DNA from: Rhodospirillales bacterium
GTDB taxonomy: Bacteria > Pseudomonadota > Alphaproteobacteria > Rhodospirillales > Thalassospiraceae
Direction: 5' to 3'
Assembly: GCA_019634165.1 (NCBI GenBank)
Contig: JAHQVT010000012.1
Span: 117,528-181,527, forward strand
Length of the DNA stretch: 64,000 nt
Positions 1 through 9,522 of the stretch are shown here, piece by piece; within the stretch, counting starts at the first letter, position 1, and the number at the start of each line of letters is the position of its first letter. The position numbers and the translations under genes were made by a program. Under the pieces are notes generated by a model. It ran no database searches. It was not told the origin of the DNA and saw only the letters and a program-made list of their open reading frames with translations.

Positions 1-16
1 ATATACAGGATCGCCA

Positions 17-1066
17 ATGTCCGGTTTGGTCTTCGATTCCATTGTTAAAAAGTTCGGTGATTTTACTGCCGTTCATGAAACCAGCCTTACAATCCCGCAA
101 GGAAAATTTGTCTGTCTTCTTGGCCCTTCGGGCTGTGGCAAGACGACCTTGCTTCGGATGATTGCCGGTCTGGAAGACCCGACCACTGGACGTATTTTGT
201 TGGAAGGTAACGACGTTACCCGCATCCCGACCCATCAACGCGATTTTGGGATGGTGTTTCAAAACCTGGCCCTTTTCCCGCATCTGAGCGTTGGGGAAAA
301 TATCGCCTATCCGCTGCGCATTCGTGGCGGGTCCAAGGCCGATTGTTTCAAGGCCGTCAAACGCCTGCTTGATCTGGTGCAATTGCCTGATATGGCTGAT
401 CGTCCCGTTGCCAGGCTTTCAGGTGGTCAGAAACAGCGCGTTGCAATCGCGCGTGCCTTGGCGTTGGAGCCAAAGCTTTTCCTGCTTGATGAGCCGTTAT
501 CTGCCCTTGATGCGAAATTGCGCGAAAGCATGCAGATTGAACTTAAACAGCTTCAGCAAAAATTGGGCATTACCACGATTGTCGTGACCCATGATCAGCG
601 CGAAGCCATGACCATGGCCGATCTGGTTGTTGTGATGTCACAGGGCAAAGTCCATCAGGTTGCCCCACCGGTTGAAATTTACCGCAAACCCAAGGATGCC
701 TTTGTCGCCGACTTTATCGGTTCGACCAACCTGATTTCTGGGCGGGTGAGTGCAGCGGGCAAGATCGCTGTGGCGGGCGGCACTTTGCTGGCCGATGATC
801 TGCCAAAATCAGGCGATGTTACCCTTTCGGTTCGACCAGAAAATATCCGCTTAACCAAGGAAAACGGCGAAAATTCCCTCGGAACATTGACCGGGGATGT
901 TTCCTATATCCGCGATCTTGGCGCGAGTATCGAATTCTATCTGAACGTTGCAGGTCAACAGATCACGGCGATTACCACCCCGTCAGACCGACCGGATGTT
1001 GTTGCCGGTGACAGTGTTTCAGTCGCCTTCCCCAAAGATGCCTGTGTGGTGTTGGGGGACGCATGA
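17..1066 (+). CDS. ABC transporter ATP-binding protein, PotA/polyamine-opine family
   Basis: Walker A GPSGCGKT, signature LSGGQKQRVA, Walker B LLLDEP-like (FLLDEP), C-terminal TOBE-like domain. Confidence 0.93.
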   Translation: MSGLVFDSIVKKFGDFTAVHETSLTIPQGKFVCLLGPSGCGKTTLLRMIAGLEDPTTGRILLEGNDVTRIPTHQRDFGMVFQNLALFPHLSVGENIAYPLRIRGGSKADCFKAVKRLLDLVQLPDMADRPVARLSGGQKQRVAIARALALEPKLFLLDEPLSALDAKLRESMQIELKQLQQKLGITTIVVTHDQREAMTMADLVVVMSQGKVHQVAPPVEIYRKPKDAFVADFIGSTNLISGRVSAAGKIAVAGGTLLADDLPKSGDVTLSVRPENIRLTKENGENSLGTLTGDVSYIRDLGASIEFYLNVAGQQITAITTPSDRPDVVAGDSVSVAFPKDACVVLGDA

Positions 1067-1914
1067 AAATCAAACCCGGAAAGTTTTCCGATTACGCGGC
1101 AATAGGCTTCCCAGCCGGGATGCTAACGGTTTTCTTTGTCATACCGTTTGGCATCATGATCGCAATGTCGTTCTTTCAGCGCGTGCAGGGTGCCTTTTAT
1201 GAGCCGGCATTTGTCTTTGAAAACTATGCCCGGTTCCTAAGCACCTTCTTTGCGGGCATTCTTGGATTTTCGGTTGGATTGGCGGCCCTTGTTGCGGTGG
1301 TATCCGTCCTTTTAGCCTTTCCATTTACCTATATCCTGACCCGAATGGCACGCCAAACACAGGTCGTGTGGCTGGTGTTTTTGTTGTCAGTCCTGTCTTT
1401 GTCTGAAGTGCTGATTGGCTTTGGTTGGTCAACATTGTTGTCCCGAACAGCCGGGATCACCAATCTTTTGGTATCACTGGGCATCATGGATAAACCGATG
1501 TCACTGTCGCCAAGCTTCGGCGCGGTCATGACCGGCATGGTCTATCAGACATTCCCCTATACGGTTCTTGTCCTTTACCCCGCATTGTCACGCCTTGATC
1601 CGTCGCTGGTTGAAGCCGCACGGACATTGGGTTCTGGCCCGGCGCGCAGTTTCTTGAATGTCGTTGTTCCGGCCTTGCGCAACAGCATCGTCTCGACCCT
1701 TATCATGGTGTTTGTCTTTGCACTGGGCTGTTATTTGCTGCCGCAATTGTTGGGCAAACCATCGCATTGGACACTGTCGGTGCTGATCACGGATCAGGCG
1801 ATTTATCAGTCAAACATGCCGTTTGCTGCTGCCATGGCGGTGTTTCTTGTGCTGGTCAGCCTGTCGTTGGTCGCGATCTCGCTTCTCTATGGCAAAAAGG
1901 AGAATGCAGGATGA
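1063..1914 (+). CDS. ABC transporter permease, PotB-like
   Basis: Multiple TM helices, EAA loop (SLVEAARTLG); ATGA overlap with upstream gene. Confidence 0.92.
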   Translation: MKIKPGKFSDYAAIGFPAGMLTVFFVIPFGIMIAMSFFQRVQGAFYEPAFVFENYARFLSTFFAGILGFSVGLAALVAVVSVLLAFPFTYILTRMARQTQVVWLVFLLSVLSLSEVLIGFGWSTLLSRTAGITNLLVSLGIMDKPMSLSPSFGAVMTGMVYQTFPYTVLVLYPALSRLDPSLVEAARTLGSGPARSFLNVVVPALRNSIVSTLIMVFVFALGCYLLPQLLGKPSHWTLSVLITDQAIYQSNMPFAAAMAVFLVLVSLSLVAISLLYGKKENAG

Positions 1915-2717
1915 TCAACCGTTTTGTCTTGCGCCTGTTCCTTGCCGCAATGGCGCTGTTTCTTTCAGCTCCGTTGGTTGTGGTCGCAGGAGTATCGTTT
2001 AACGAAAAGAAGTCCCTTTCATTCCCGCCCGAAGGTTTCTCGCTAGATTGGTATGCTCAGATATTTACCGAAGATAGCTGGCGACAGGCCCTGTTTAACA
2101 GTCTGGGTGTGGCAATCGGGGCATCAAGCCTTTCGGTGATTATCGCCTTTCCGCTTGCGTGGTTCTTATGGCGGTTTCATGCCCCGTGGGCGCGGATTGT
2201 TCAGGTGCTTGGACTGGCACCATTCATCTTGCCGCCGGTGATTACCGCTCTTGGCTTCCTAAGTTTCTGGACCACGGCGGGGGCCTATGGGCAGCCATGG
2301 ACGGTGGTGATCAGCCACGGGATTTTCTTTGTTACCTTGCCGCTGGTCACGCTGACCCTTGGGTTCGAGGCCGTCGATGACAGTCTGGTCGAAGCCGCCG
2401 CGACGATGGGGGCGGATGACAGGACCATTTTACGGACAATCATTTTGCCGCTGATCCTGCCTTACATCATTTCGGGCATGGCTTTCGCGTTCGTGCTCTC
2501 GCTGAACGAATATATCGTTGCCTATATGGCGGTCGGCTTCACGGTCGAGACCCTGCCGATCAAGATTTTCAATTCCCTGCGATATGGCTACACGCCAACC
2601 ATGGCCTCGGTCACTGTGCTGTTTGTCGCGGTGGCGATAGTGGTGTTTGGTTTGATTGCACGCTTTGGCGATCTGCCGCGTCTACTTGGCGCCTGGCGTC
2701 ATGACGAGGACAGCTAA
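1911..2717 (+). CDS. ABC transporter permease, PotC-like
   Basis: Start re-called to ATG 1911 (ATGA overlap); SFNEKKSLSFPPEGFSLDWY motif and EAA loop (LVEAAATMGA). Confidence 0.92.
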   Translation: MINRFVLRLFLAAMALFLSAPLVVVAGVSFNEKKSLSFPPEGFSLDWYAQIFTEDSWRQALFNSLGVAIGASSLSVIIAFPLAWFLWRFHAPWARIVQVLGLAPFILPPVITALGFLSFWTTAGAYGQPWTVVISHGIFFVTLPLVTLTLGFEAVDDSLVEAAATMGADDRTILRTIILPLILPYIISGMAFAFVLSLNEYIVAYMAVGFTVETLPIKIFNSLRYGYTPTMASVTVLFVAVAIVVFGLIARFGDLPRLLGAWRHDEDS

Positions 2718-2779
2718 TGCAATCTACGCCCGCAATTTCAAACAATCAGAAACGTCCCACACGGTATTAGGAGGCCACC

Positions 2780-3835
2780 ATGGTTAACAGTGAAAAGCTT
2801 GCGAAACTCCGCGAAAAATATGGCAATGCCAAAGGCGGCGATATGTTCGATCCGCATTTTAAGGAAGTTGCTGAAACCCAGTTTTCCGCAAGCGGTGAAC
2901 GCAAGTGGCCGTTTGCCGGTGTGTCGACATTCCTTGATGCGCCTTTTGCGCCCGATGCGGCCAAAACCAACTTTGACGGTATTGATGTTGCCTTGGTCGG
3001 TGTGCCGATGGATTTGGGGGTGACCAACCGTGCCGGTGCGCGTCTTGGCCCGCGTGCGGTACGTAACATTGAACGCATTGGTCCGTATGAACATGTGTTG
3101 CGCATGGTGCCCGGTGCCCAATGCGCGGTTGCCGATATTGGCGATGTTCCGTTCAGAAGCCGCTTTTCTTTGGAAAAATGCCATGAGGACATCGAACAGT
3201 ATTTTAATAAAATTGTTGATGCTGGTGTCATTCCAATTGCGATTGGCGGGGATCATTCAATCACCTATTCCATCCAGCGTGCAGTTGGTAAAGACCGCCC
3301 GGTCGGCATGATCCATCTGGATGCTCATTGTGACACCAGCGGCGAATATGAAGGGGCAAAATTCCATCATGGGGGGCCGTTCCGTCAATCGGTTATGGAT
3401 GGTGTTCTTGATCCGGAACGCACCATTCAGATCGGTATTCGCGGTGGTGCGGAATATCTCTGGGAATTTTCCTATGACAGCGGCATGACCGTGATCCATG
3501 CCGAAGAAGTCCCGCAAATGGGGGTTGAGGCCGTCATTGCCAAGGCGCGTGAAGTCATTGGTGATGGCCCGGTTTATCTGTCCTTTGACGTTGATTGCCT
3601 TGATCCGTCCTTTGCACCGGGCACCGGAACACCGGAAATCGGTGGTCTGACATCGCGTGAAGCATTGGCCATTTTGCGCGGGCTTAAGGGTCTTGATTTT
3701 GTTGGTGCCGATGTGGTCGAGGTTGCCCCACAATATGATGCCACCACCAACACCGCCCATGCCGGTGCGCAGGTTCTGTTCGAAGAATTATGTTTGGTGA
3801 CCGATGCGTTTAAACGTCGCAAGGGCGGGGCATAA
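2780..3835 (+). CDS. Agmatinase/ureohydrolase family protein
   Basis: GGDHS, DAHCD, SFDVDCLDP and GTGTP metal-binding motifs; AGGAGG RBS; exact substrate not determinable. Confidence 0.9.
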   Translation: MVNSEKLAKLREKYGNAKGGDMFDPHFKEVAETQFSASGERKWPFAGVSTFLDAPFAPDAAKTNFDGIDVALVGVPMDLGVTNRAGARLGPRAVRNIERIGPYEHVLRMVPGAQCAVADIGDVPFRSRFSLEKCHEDIEQYFNKIVDAGVIPIAIGGDHSITYSIQRAVGKDRPVGMIHLDAHCDTSGEYEGAKFHHGGPFRQSVMDGVLDPERTIQIGIRGGAEYLWEFSYDSGMTVIHAEEVPQMGVEAVIAKAREVIGDGPVYLSFDVDCLDPSFAPGTGTPEIGGLTSREALAILRGLKGLDFVGADVVEVAPQYDATTNTAHAGAQVLFEELCLVTDAFKRRKGGA

Positions 3836-3838
3836 GTC

Positions 3839-4642
3839 ATGAAAATTGCGGTTTATCAGTCCGGCCCAAACGCAGTCATTGATAAACCGACCCGGATCGC
3901 GAGCCTTGCACGCCGCGCGCGTGAGGCCCGCGATGCCGGTGCCGAGTTGATCGTGGCACCTGAAATGTATTTGACCGGCTATAATATTGGCCGCGAAAAG
4001 ATTCTGTCGGAATCCGAACCGTTGTCGGGTGAAAGCCTGTCGGCGGTATGTGATATCGCGCGAGAAACCGGCATTGCGATTGTGGTTGGCTTTGGCGAAT
4101 TGGGCGATGACGGGCGCAATTACAATTCCTGCGCATTGTTTGATAAAACCGGCAAACGGCGTTTGCTGCACCGTAAAATTCAGTTGTTTGGTGAGCTTGA
4201 CCGCACGTGTTTTGCACCGGGCAATAACATGCCGCTGGTGATTGACTGGAACGGCATCAAAGTATCGATGCTGATCTGCTATGACGTTGAATTTCCTGAA
4301 TTGGTGCGCAGCATTGCGTTAAAGGGATGTGATCTTTTATTGGTCCCAACCGCCCAGATGGCTCCCTATGATCGGGTGGCGGAAATGATGGTTCCCATAC
4401 GTGCGATGGAAAGTCAGATGTTTCTGGCCTATGCCAATCGTTGCGATCAGGAAGGCGCGCTTGATTATGTTGGCAAAAGCGTGATCTGCAGCCCATGGTG
4501 CGACCTTGCCCGTGCGGGGGATCAGGATGATCTGATCGTGGCTGATCTGGATTTTGCTGCGTTGAAAAAATCACGCGCCGAATTCCCGTATATCGCAGAT
4601 CGACGCCCGGAAAGCTATTTGGGCATTCTTGACGAAAATTGA
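3839..4642 (+). CDS. Carbon-nitrogen hydrolase (nitrilase superfamily) amidase, DavA-like
   Basis: Catalytic triad contexts PEMYLTGY, RKIQLFG, ICYDVEFPE. Confidence 0.9.
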   Translation: MKIAVYQSGPNAVIDKPTRIASLARRAREARDAGAELIVAPEMYLTGYNIGREKILSESEPLSGESLSAVCDIARETGIAIVVGFGELGDDGRNYNSCALFDKTGKRRLLHRKIQLFGELDRTCFAPGNNMPLVIDWNGIKVSMLICYDVEFPELVRSIALKGCDLLLVPTAQMAPYDRVAEMMVPIRAMESQMFLAYANRCDQEGALDYVGKSVICSPWCDLARAGDQDDLIVADLDFAALKKSRAEFPYIADRRPESYLGILDEN

Positions 4643-5523
4643 TCAAGGCTTGCGATAAAGGCACCGGGGCTGACCCCCCACATTGCCTTGAAATGGCGGT
4701 TCAGATGGCTTTGATCTGAAAACCCGGTCGCAGCCGCGACATCGGCAATCGGTTCGCCGTCAAACAGCATCCGCTTGGCGCGGCGCAATCGCATATGATT
4801 GAAATAGGCGTGCGGCGGAAGCCCGGTGGCCGCGCGAAACACGCGCAGCAAATGAAACCGGCTTATCCCGGTAAGGGTTGCCAAATCATCCAGTGCGATA
4901 TTCTCATCAAGATGGGCTTGCATATAATCAATCACCGTCTGGACCCGTTTGTCTTCTGATCCGGGGCGATAAAGATAAGGCGGGGCATCCGCGTGACGCA
5001 GGGCCAAGCGTGCAGCACTGTATAAAAGCTGACTGTCGCGTTCGAGCAAGCTGGTTGTTTGTGCGAAATCTGGTCGGAACATGCGGTGCAGTGAGCGAAG
5101 CTGCAAATGCAGTTCCGGGTCATCAATCACGCAATTACCAAAAAATGGTAGGCCCTTGCTATTGGGGGATAATTCACTGACCAGATCACCAAACACGTCC
5201 GGGGCGATGAACATGATTTGGTATTGATAACCATCATCGGATGCCGGACCGCCATCGTGAACCTGCATCGGGTTCATCATTAAAAGCTGCCCACGCGATG
5301 CGACATAATTCGTGCCGCGCGTCATAAATTGTTCCGCCCCATTCAGGATGGTGCCAAAGGCGTAATAGTCATGACTGTGTTTGGGAAAGGTGAAGTTCTT
5401 ATAGTCAGCTTCAAACAAATCAATCCCGTTGGCTGCCCGCCAATGACGGGCAATCTCACGCGGGCGTCGGGTCGTGGTATTTCGGTTGCGCGACGCTGGG
5501 ATGTTTCGCAAAGCCTGTTCCAT
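4615..5523 (-). CDS. AraC family transcriptional regulator
   Basis: N-terminal cupin (FPKHSHDYY), C-terminal double HTH (GFSDQSHLNRHFK); start uncertain (5523-5595); 28-nt convergent overlap with the amidase. Confidence 0.9.
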   Translation of the reverse strand: MEQALRNIPASRNRNTTTRRPREIARHWRAANGIDLFEADYKNFTFPKHSHDYYAFGTILNGAEQFMTRGTNYVASRGQLLMMNPMQVHDGGPASDDGYQYQIMFIAPDVFGDLVSELSPNSKGLPFFGNCVIDDPELHLQLRSLHRMFRPDFAQTTSLLERDSQLLYSAARLALRHADAPPYLYRPGSEDKRVQTVIDYMQAHLDENIALDDLATLTGISRFHLLRVFRAATGLPPHAYFNHMRLRRAKRMLFDGEPIADVAAATGFSDQSHLNRHFKAMWGVSPGAFIASLDQFSSRMPK

Positions 5524-5884
5524 CGGGAAATTATAGCGATCCCAAATCATCCCGGCTTGTACAATATTGTCATGGCGACATTTTAAGGCAGGCATATTCG
5601 GATTTTTCTGGTTCTAAAATGCAGAAACCAGCGAGTCGTAGCCTAGATCACCCCAAAACCGTACTTTGCAGCTTTTAAAAAGGAATAAGATGCCCCCTAT
5701 ATCTGTATAGGGCAATATTCATATGAACATTAGTGGCGGGCTTAAATGTTGTTTTGCGCTGCGAAATGGTTCATAGCGACCAAATGCATCTAGATGAATG
5801 CGGATTTCATCTAAGTGTTACAAAACTAACTGATCTGCCGATGTAAGGATCGCGCCAAACATTCACATATTGTTTGGATATCTC

Positions 5885-8014
5885 ATGTTCCTTGACCGAA
5901 TTCGCATTGGTTCGCGCATCTTCGCCGGTTTCTTTGTTCTGGTTGTCTTGCTTGTCGGCCTAAGTGCGCTTTCATCGACTTATCTTCTTGGCTTTGGTGC
6001 GCATGCCGATCGTATCGCCAAAAGTACCGGCCTTGTTGGCCTTGCCAATGATTACGCTCTGAAACTTGAACGTTTATCAAATCAGGTTCTGCTGTTTGCC
6101 CAAACTGTTGATCTTCAGGATCGCGAAGGCATTGCCACCATCCGTCAAGCCGCAGAACAAAGTGGCGCGACCCTTGTTGAGGCGTTGCGCAATTCTGGTG
6201 ATCTTAACCGCGCCGATGCACTTGAAAGCTTAAGTGCGGAATATATCGGAACACTTGAGCCCCTTGTTCTGCGTGCCGAAAACCTGACGGCGGCGTCTGA
6301 TACGATGCTGCTTGGTGCGAACCAATTGGGCAAATCTGCGGCCAAGCTTGAAGAATTCATCGCCAAACGCGATCCGGCCATTGCGGAAAAATACAGCGAT
6401 AAACTTGGTGCGGCCAATCTGGCCGCCATCGTCAACAGTTTGCAATTCCCGATCTTGCGAACCGACGAAGCCCTTGAAACGGCGCGCAATCAGACATCTG
6501 CACTCACCGATCTTCAAGAAGAAATCAAATCGTCCTTTGACGGGCTTAAGCGTAACGACAAGAAACTGTTTTCTTATGCGATCCGCGACAATGATTTGCT
6601 GAAACAAGGTGCCAATCAGCTTGAAGCATCCATAAGCGGGTTCCGCCAATCGATGGATGATTTCAAATCTGCGGTGCATGAAGTGCAATCCATCACCCAA
6701 AATATCCGCCAAGAGGCAATGGCAAACCAAACCGCATTGGTCGAAGCCGCCCATGCAGAGTCGGAAAATTCTGCATTGACCAACATCATGGTCGCGGCGG
6801 GGGGCGTGATCATTGCGCTGGCACTGGCATTTGCAATTGCCATGAGCATCCTGCGCCCGCTTAAGCGGGTAAATGATGATATGACGCGCCTAAGTGAAAA
6901 TGACACCAATATTGATCTGGTCGATACCAAACGGTTCGATGAGTTTGGCGCCATGTCACGCACTGTTGCGATCTTCCGCGAAAACGCGCTTAAGATTGAA
7001 CAAATGGCCGAAGAACGCATCACCATGCAGCGTATCGAAGAAGAAAAACGTCGCGCATCCCTTGGTGCGATGGCCGAAACGATCGAAGGTGAAACCACCG
7101 GTCTTGTCAAATCCGTCAGCCATCAGGTCACCCGCATGCGCGAAGCCGTGACCGAGGTCGCCGCGGCGGCCGAACGTGTAACCGCCCAAACTCAAACCGC
7201 GACGGGTGCCGCACAAGACAGCCAATCGCATTCGAACGCAATTGGTGATGCGGCGAACCGTCTGACCAAGGCGATTGGATCAATTGCCAACCGGGTCGAA
7301 CATCAACGTGAGATTGCCCAAAATGCCGTCGGATCGACCGAACAATCGACCAAGGCGGTTGATGATCTTCGTGAAGTCGCTGTGAGCATCGAACAGATTG
7401 TTGATTTGATCCGTGGCATTGCCGGGCAAACCAATTTGCTGGCCCTGAATGCAACAATTGAAGCCGCCCGTGCTGGCGAAGCTGGCAAAGGTTTTGCTGT
7501 TGTCGCAGCCGAGGTCAAAAATCTTGCCGGTCAAACCGAACAGGCAACCAAACAGATTACCGAACATGTCAATGCAATGGGCGCGGTGACGGATCGTTGT
7601 GTTGCATCCATGGAAGAAGTCGGTGTGACGGTGCGTTCGATGATGTCGATATCTGACGAGGTCGCGGGGGATGTCGAACATCAACGCCGCGAAACCGAAG
7701 AAATCACCGGGGCCATTTCCCTTGCTGGCGATGCCGTGCGCAATGTCGGTACAGCAATTGGTGCCGTGTCCGATGATATCGAAGTCACCCGGAAGCTTAG
7801 CCTTGATCTGAACCGTCGTGCCGATGAAGTCGAACGCAACGTCACTGAACTGACCACTTCGCTTGATCGTGCTGTGGCCTCGGCTGATGGCGATGATCAG
7901 CTATCTGAGGGCGCAGACAATGATTGGGATGGCAATGATACATCCCCGTCCTATGATTTGCGCGATCAGAACCTTGTCGCTTTTCCGCACCGAAATATGC
8001 GTGGGGCTGCCTGA
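5885..8014 (+). CDS. Methyl-accepting chemotaxis protein (2 TM, HAMP, MA domain)
   Basis: [37 protein letters not shown] signalling motif; HAMP with DEFGAM. Confidence 0.95.
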   Translation: MFLDRIRIGSRIFAGFFVLVVLLVGLSALSSTYLLGFGAHADRIAKSTGLVGLANDYALKLERLSNQVLLFAQTVDLQDREGIATIRQAAEQSGATLVEALRNSGDLNRADALESLSAEYIGTLEPLVLRAENLTAASDTMLLGANQLGKSAAKLEEFIAKRDPAIAEKYSDKLGAANLAAIVNSLQFPILRTDEALETARNQTSALTDLQEEIKSSFDGLKRNDKKLFSYAIRDNDLLKQGANQLEASISGFRQSMDDFKSAVHEVQSITQNIRQEAMANQTALVEAAHAESENSALTNIMVAAGGVIIALALAFAIAMSILRPLKRVNDDMTRLSENDTNIDLVDTKRFDEFGAMSRTVAIFRENALKIEQMAEERITMQRIEEEKRRASLGAMAETIEGETTGLVKSVSHQVTRMREAVTEVAAAAERVTAQTQTATGAAQDSQSHSNAIGDAANRLTKAIGSIANRVEHQREIAQNAVGSTEQSTKAVDDLREVAVSIEQIVDLIRGIAGQTNLLALNATIEAARAGEAGKGFAVVAAEVKNLAGQTEQATKQITEHVNAMGAVTDRCVASMEEVGVTVRSMMSISDEVAGDVEHQRRETEEITGAISLAGDAVRNVGTAIGAVSDDIEVTRKLSLDLNRRADEVERNVTELTTSLDRAVASADGDDQLSEGADNDWDGNDTSPSYDLRDQNLVAFPHRNMRGAA

Positions 8015-8076
8015 TCCTGTGGTTTAAAGAAGATCACGTGTAACGGACATAAGTCTTGTCGTGATGTGAACGAAAT

Positions 8077-8118
8077 GGGCCTGCATGCCGTATCTGGTGT
8101 GCGGGCTCTTTGTTTTCC
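8077..8118 (+). terminator. Rho-independent terminator after the MCP
   Basis: 13-bp stem with G-U pairs (8077-8089/8096-8108) followed by TTTTGTTTT. Confidence 0.75.
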
Positions 8119-8374
8119 TATTCCATTTGAATTCATGTATCGGCAAGAAACGTAGAGTTTATCGAGAGTTGAGATACAAACTGAGACGTTTCTGATACAC
8201 TTTTTGTGTGGTTCTGGCGGGCAGGGTGCAATATCTTTCCCGGCATACGTATTTCAAAAAAGAACATCCACCCTTCTTGGGTAATAAACTGAAATACAAA
8301 AGTTTTCCCGAACGGGAACGGGGCTCTCACGGGGAAGGTCATATGATCCGATCCGACTTGGAAGTATCAATGCG

Positions 8375-9520
8375 ATGGCGCGTAAATCAACGCTTCTGAT
8401 CGCAGGTGTTGCACTGATTATCATTGCCGCATCTGCCTATATCTTTGCCAAGGACGAAATCACAGCACTTGTGTCGCCGGTTGGAGATTCGAAACAGGCT
8501 GAACAGCGCGGTGGATTCAACGGTGGTGATCGAAGCCTGCCGGTGATTGCCGAATATGCCAGTCTGATGGACGAAAAAACCGTGGTTGAATCTGTCGGGA
8601 CCGGCAAATCCGCACTGGGTGTTTCAATCTATCCGGCGGTGTCTGGCGAAGTGTCCGATGTCTTGGTGCGTGCCGGTGACAAGGTTGCCAAGGGGCAGGT
8701 TCTTGTGATCCTGAATTCCGAACGCGAACGTCTTGCCCGGGATTTGGCCGCCGTTCAGGCCAAAGATGCCCAGCAACTTTTGGGTCGCTATGAACAAGCC
8801 CGTCCATTGGGGGCCGTTGCAGAAAGTGAAGTCGATAGCGCCCGCACAGCATTGGCAGAAGCAAGAATTCAGCTTGATCAGGCCGAAGTAAATCTGGCCG
8901 ATCGCACCATTTTGGCCCCGTTTGACGGTATCATCGGCATCCCGCAGATCGAAGCAGGCGACCGGGTTGATAGTTCAACCATCTTGGTGACGCTTGATAA
9001 CATCGAAAGCATTCTGGTCGATTTTGAAGTCGCAGAAACCCGGTTTGACAATGTAAAGCCCGGTCAATCGGTTCGGGTTGAAACATGGAGCCTGCCGGGG
9101 GAGCTGTTTACGGGTGTTGTCGAATCAATCAGCAGCCGTATTGACCCTGAAAGCCGGACTTTTAACGTTCGCGCCCGTGTGCCCAATCCCAATGGCCGAT
9201 TGTTGGCCGGGATGTCCTTTGCGGTTTATGTCGATATTGAAGGCAAACAATACCCATCCGTTGCCGAAATTTCGGTTCTTTGGGGCGATGATGGCACCTA
9301 TGTCTGGCGGATAAAGGATGAAAAAGTTTCGCGCGTTCCTGTCCGTGTCGTGAAACGTACCAACGGCCGCATCTTGCTTGATGGCGGGGTTTCCAGGGGT
9401 GACTTGATTGTGGTTGAAGGTGTCTTGCGCCTGCGGCCGGGGCGAACCGTTGCGGCAACCATTCGCGGCAGCGATGAAACCGGCGTTGCCACCCGCGACG
9501 GTACTGGTGAAGGATCCTAA
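8375..9520 (+). CDS. RND efflux periplasmic adaptor (MFP)
   Basis: N-terminal TM anchor, lipoyl-like halves (VSGEV...GDKVAKGQVL, ILAPFDGIIG). Confidence 0.93.
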   Translation: MARKSTLLIAGVALIIIAASAYIFAKDEITALVSPVGDSKQAEQRGGFNGGDRSLPVIAEYASLMDEKTVVESVGTGKSALGVSIYPAVSGEVSDVLVRAGDKVAKGQVLVILNSERERLARDLAAVQAKDAQQLLGRYEQARPLGAVAESEVDSARTALAEARIQLDQAEVNLADRTILAPFDGIIGIPQIEAGDRVDSSTILVTLDNIESILVDFEVAETRFDNVKPGQSVRVETWSLPGELFTGVVESISSRIDPESRTFNVRARVPNPNGRLLAGMSFAVYVDIEGKQYPSVAEISVLWGDDGTYVWRIKDEKVSRVPVRVVKRTNGRILLDGGVSRGDLIVVEGVLRLRPGRTVAATIRGSDETGVATRDGTGEGS

Positions 9521-9522
9521 TC

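Noticed and set aside
8208-8399. 63-aa GTG-start ORF upstream of the RND operon
   Set aside because: No RBS, overlaps the MFP start out of frame, no recognisable features
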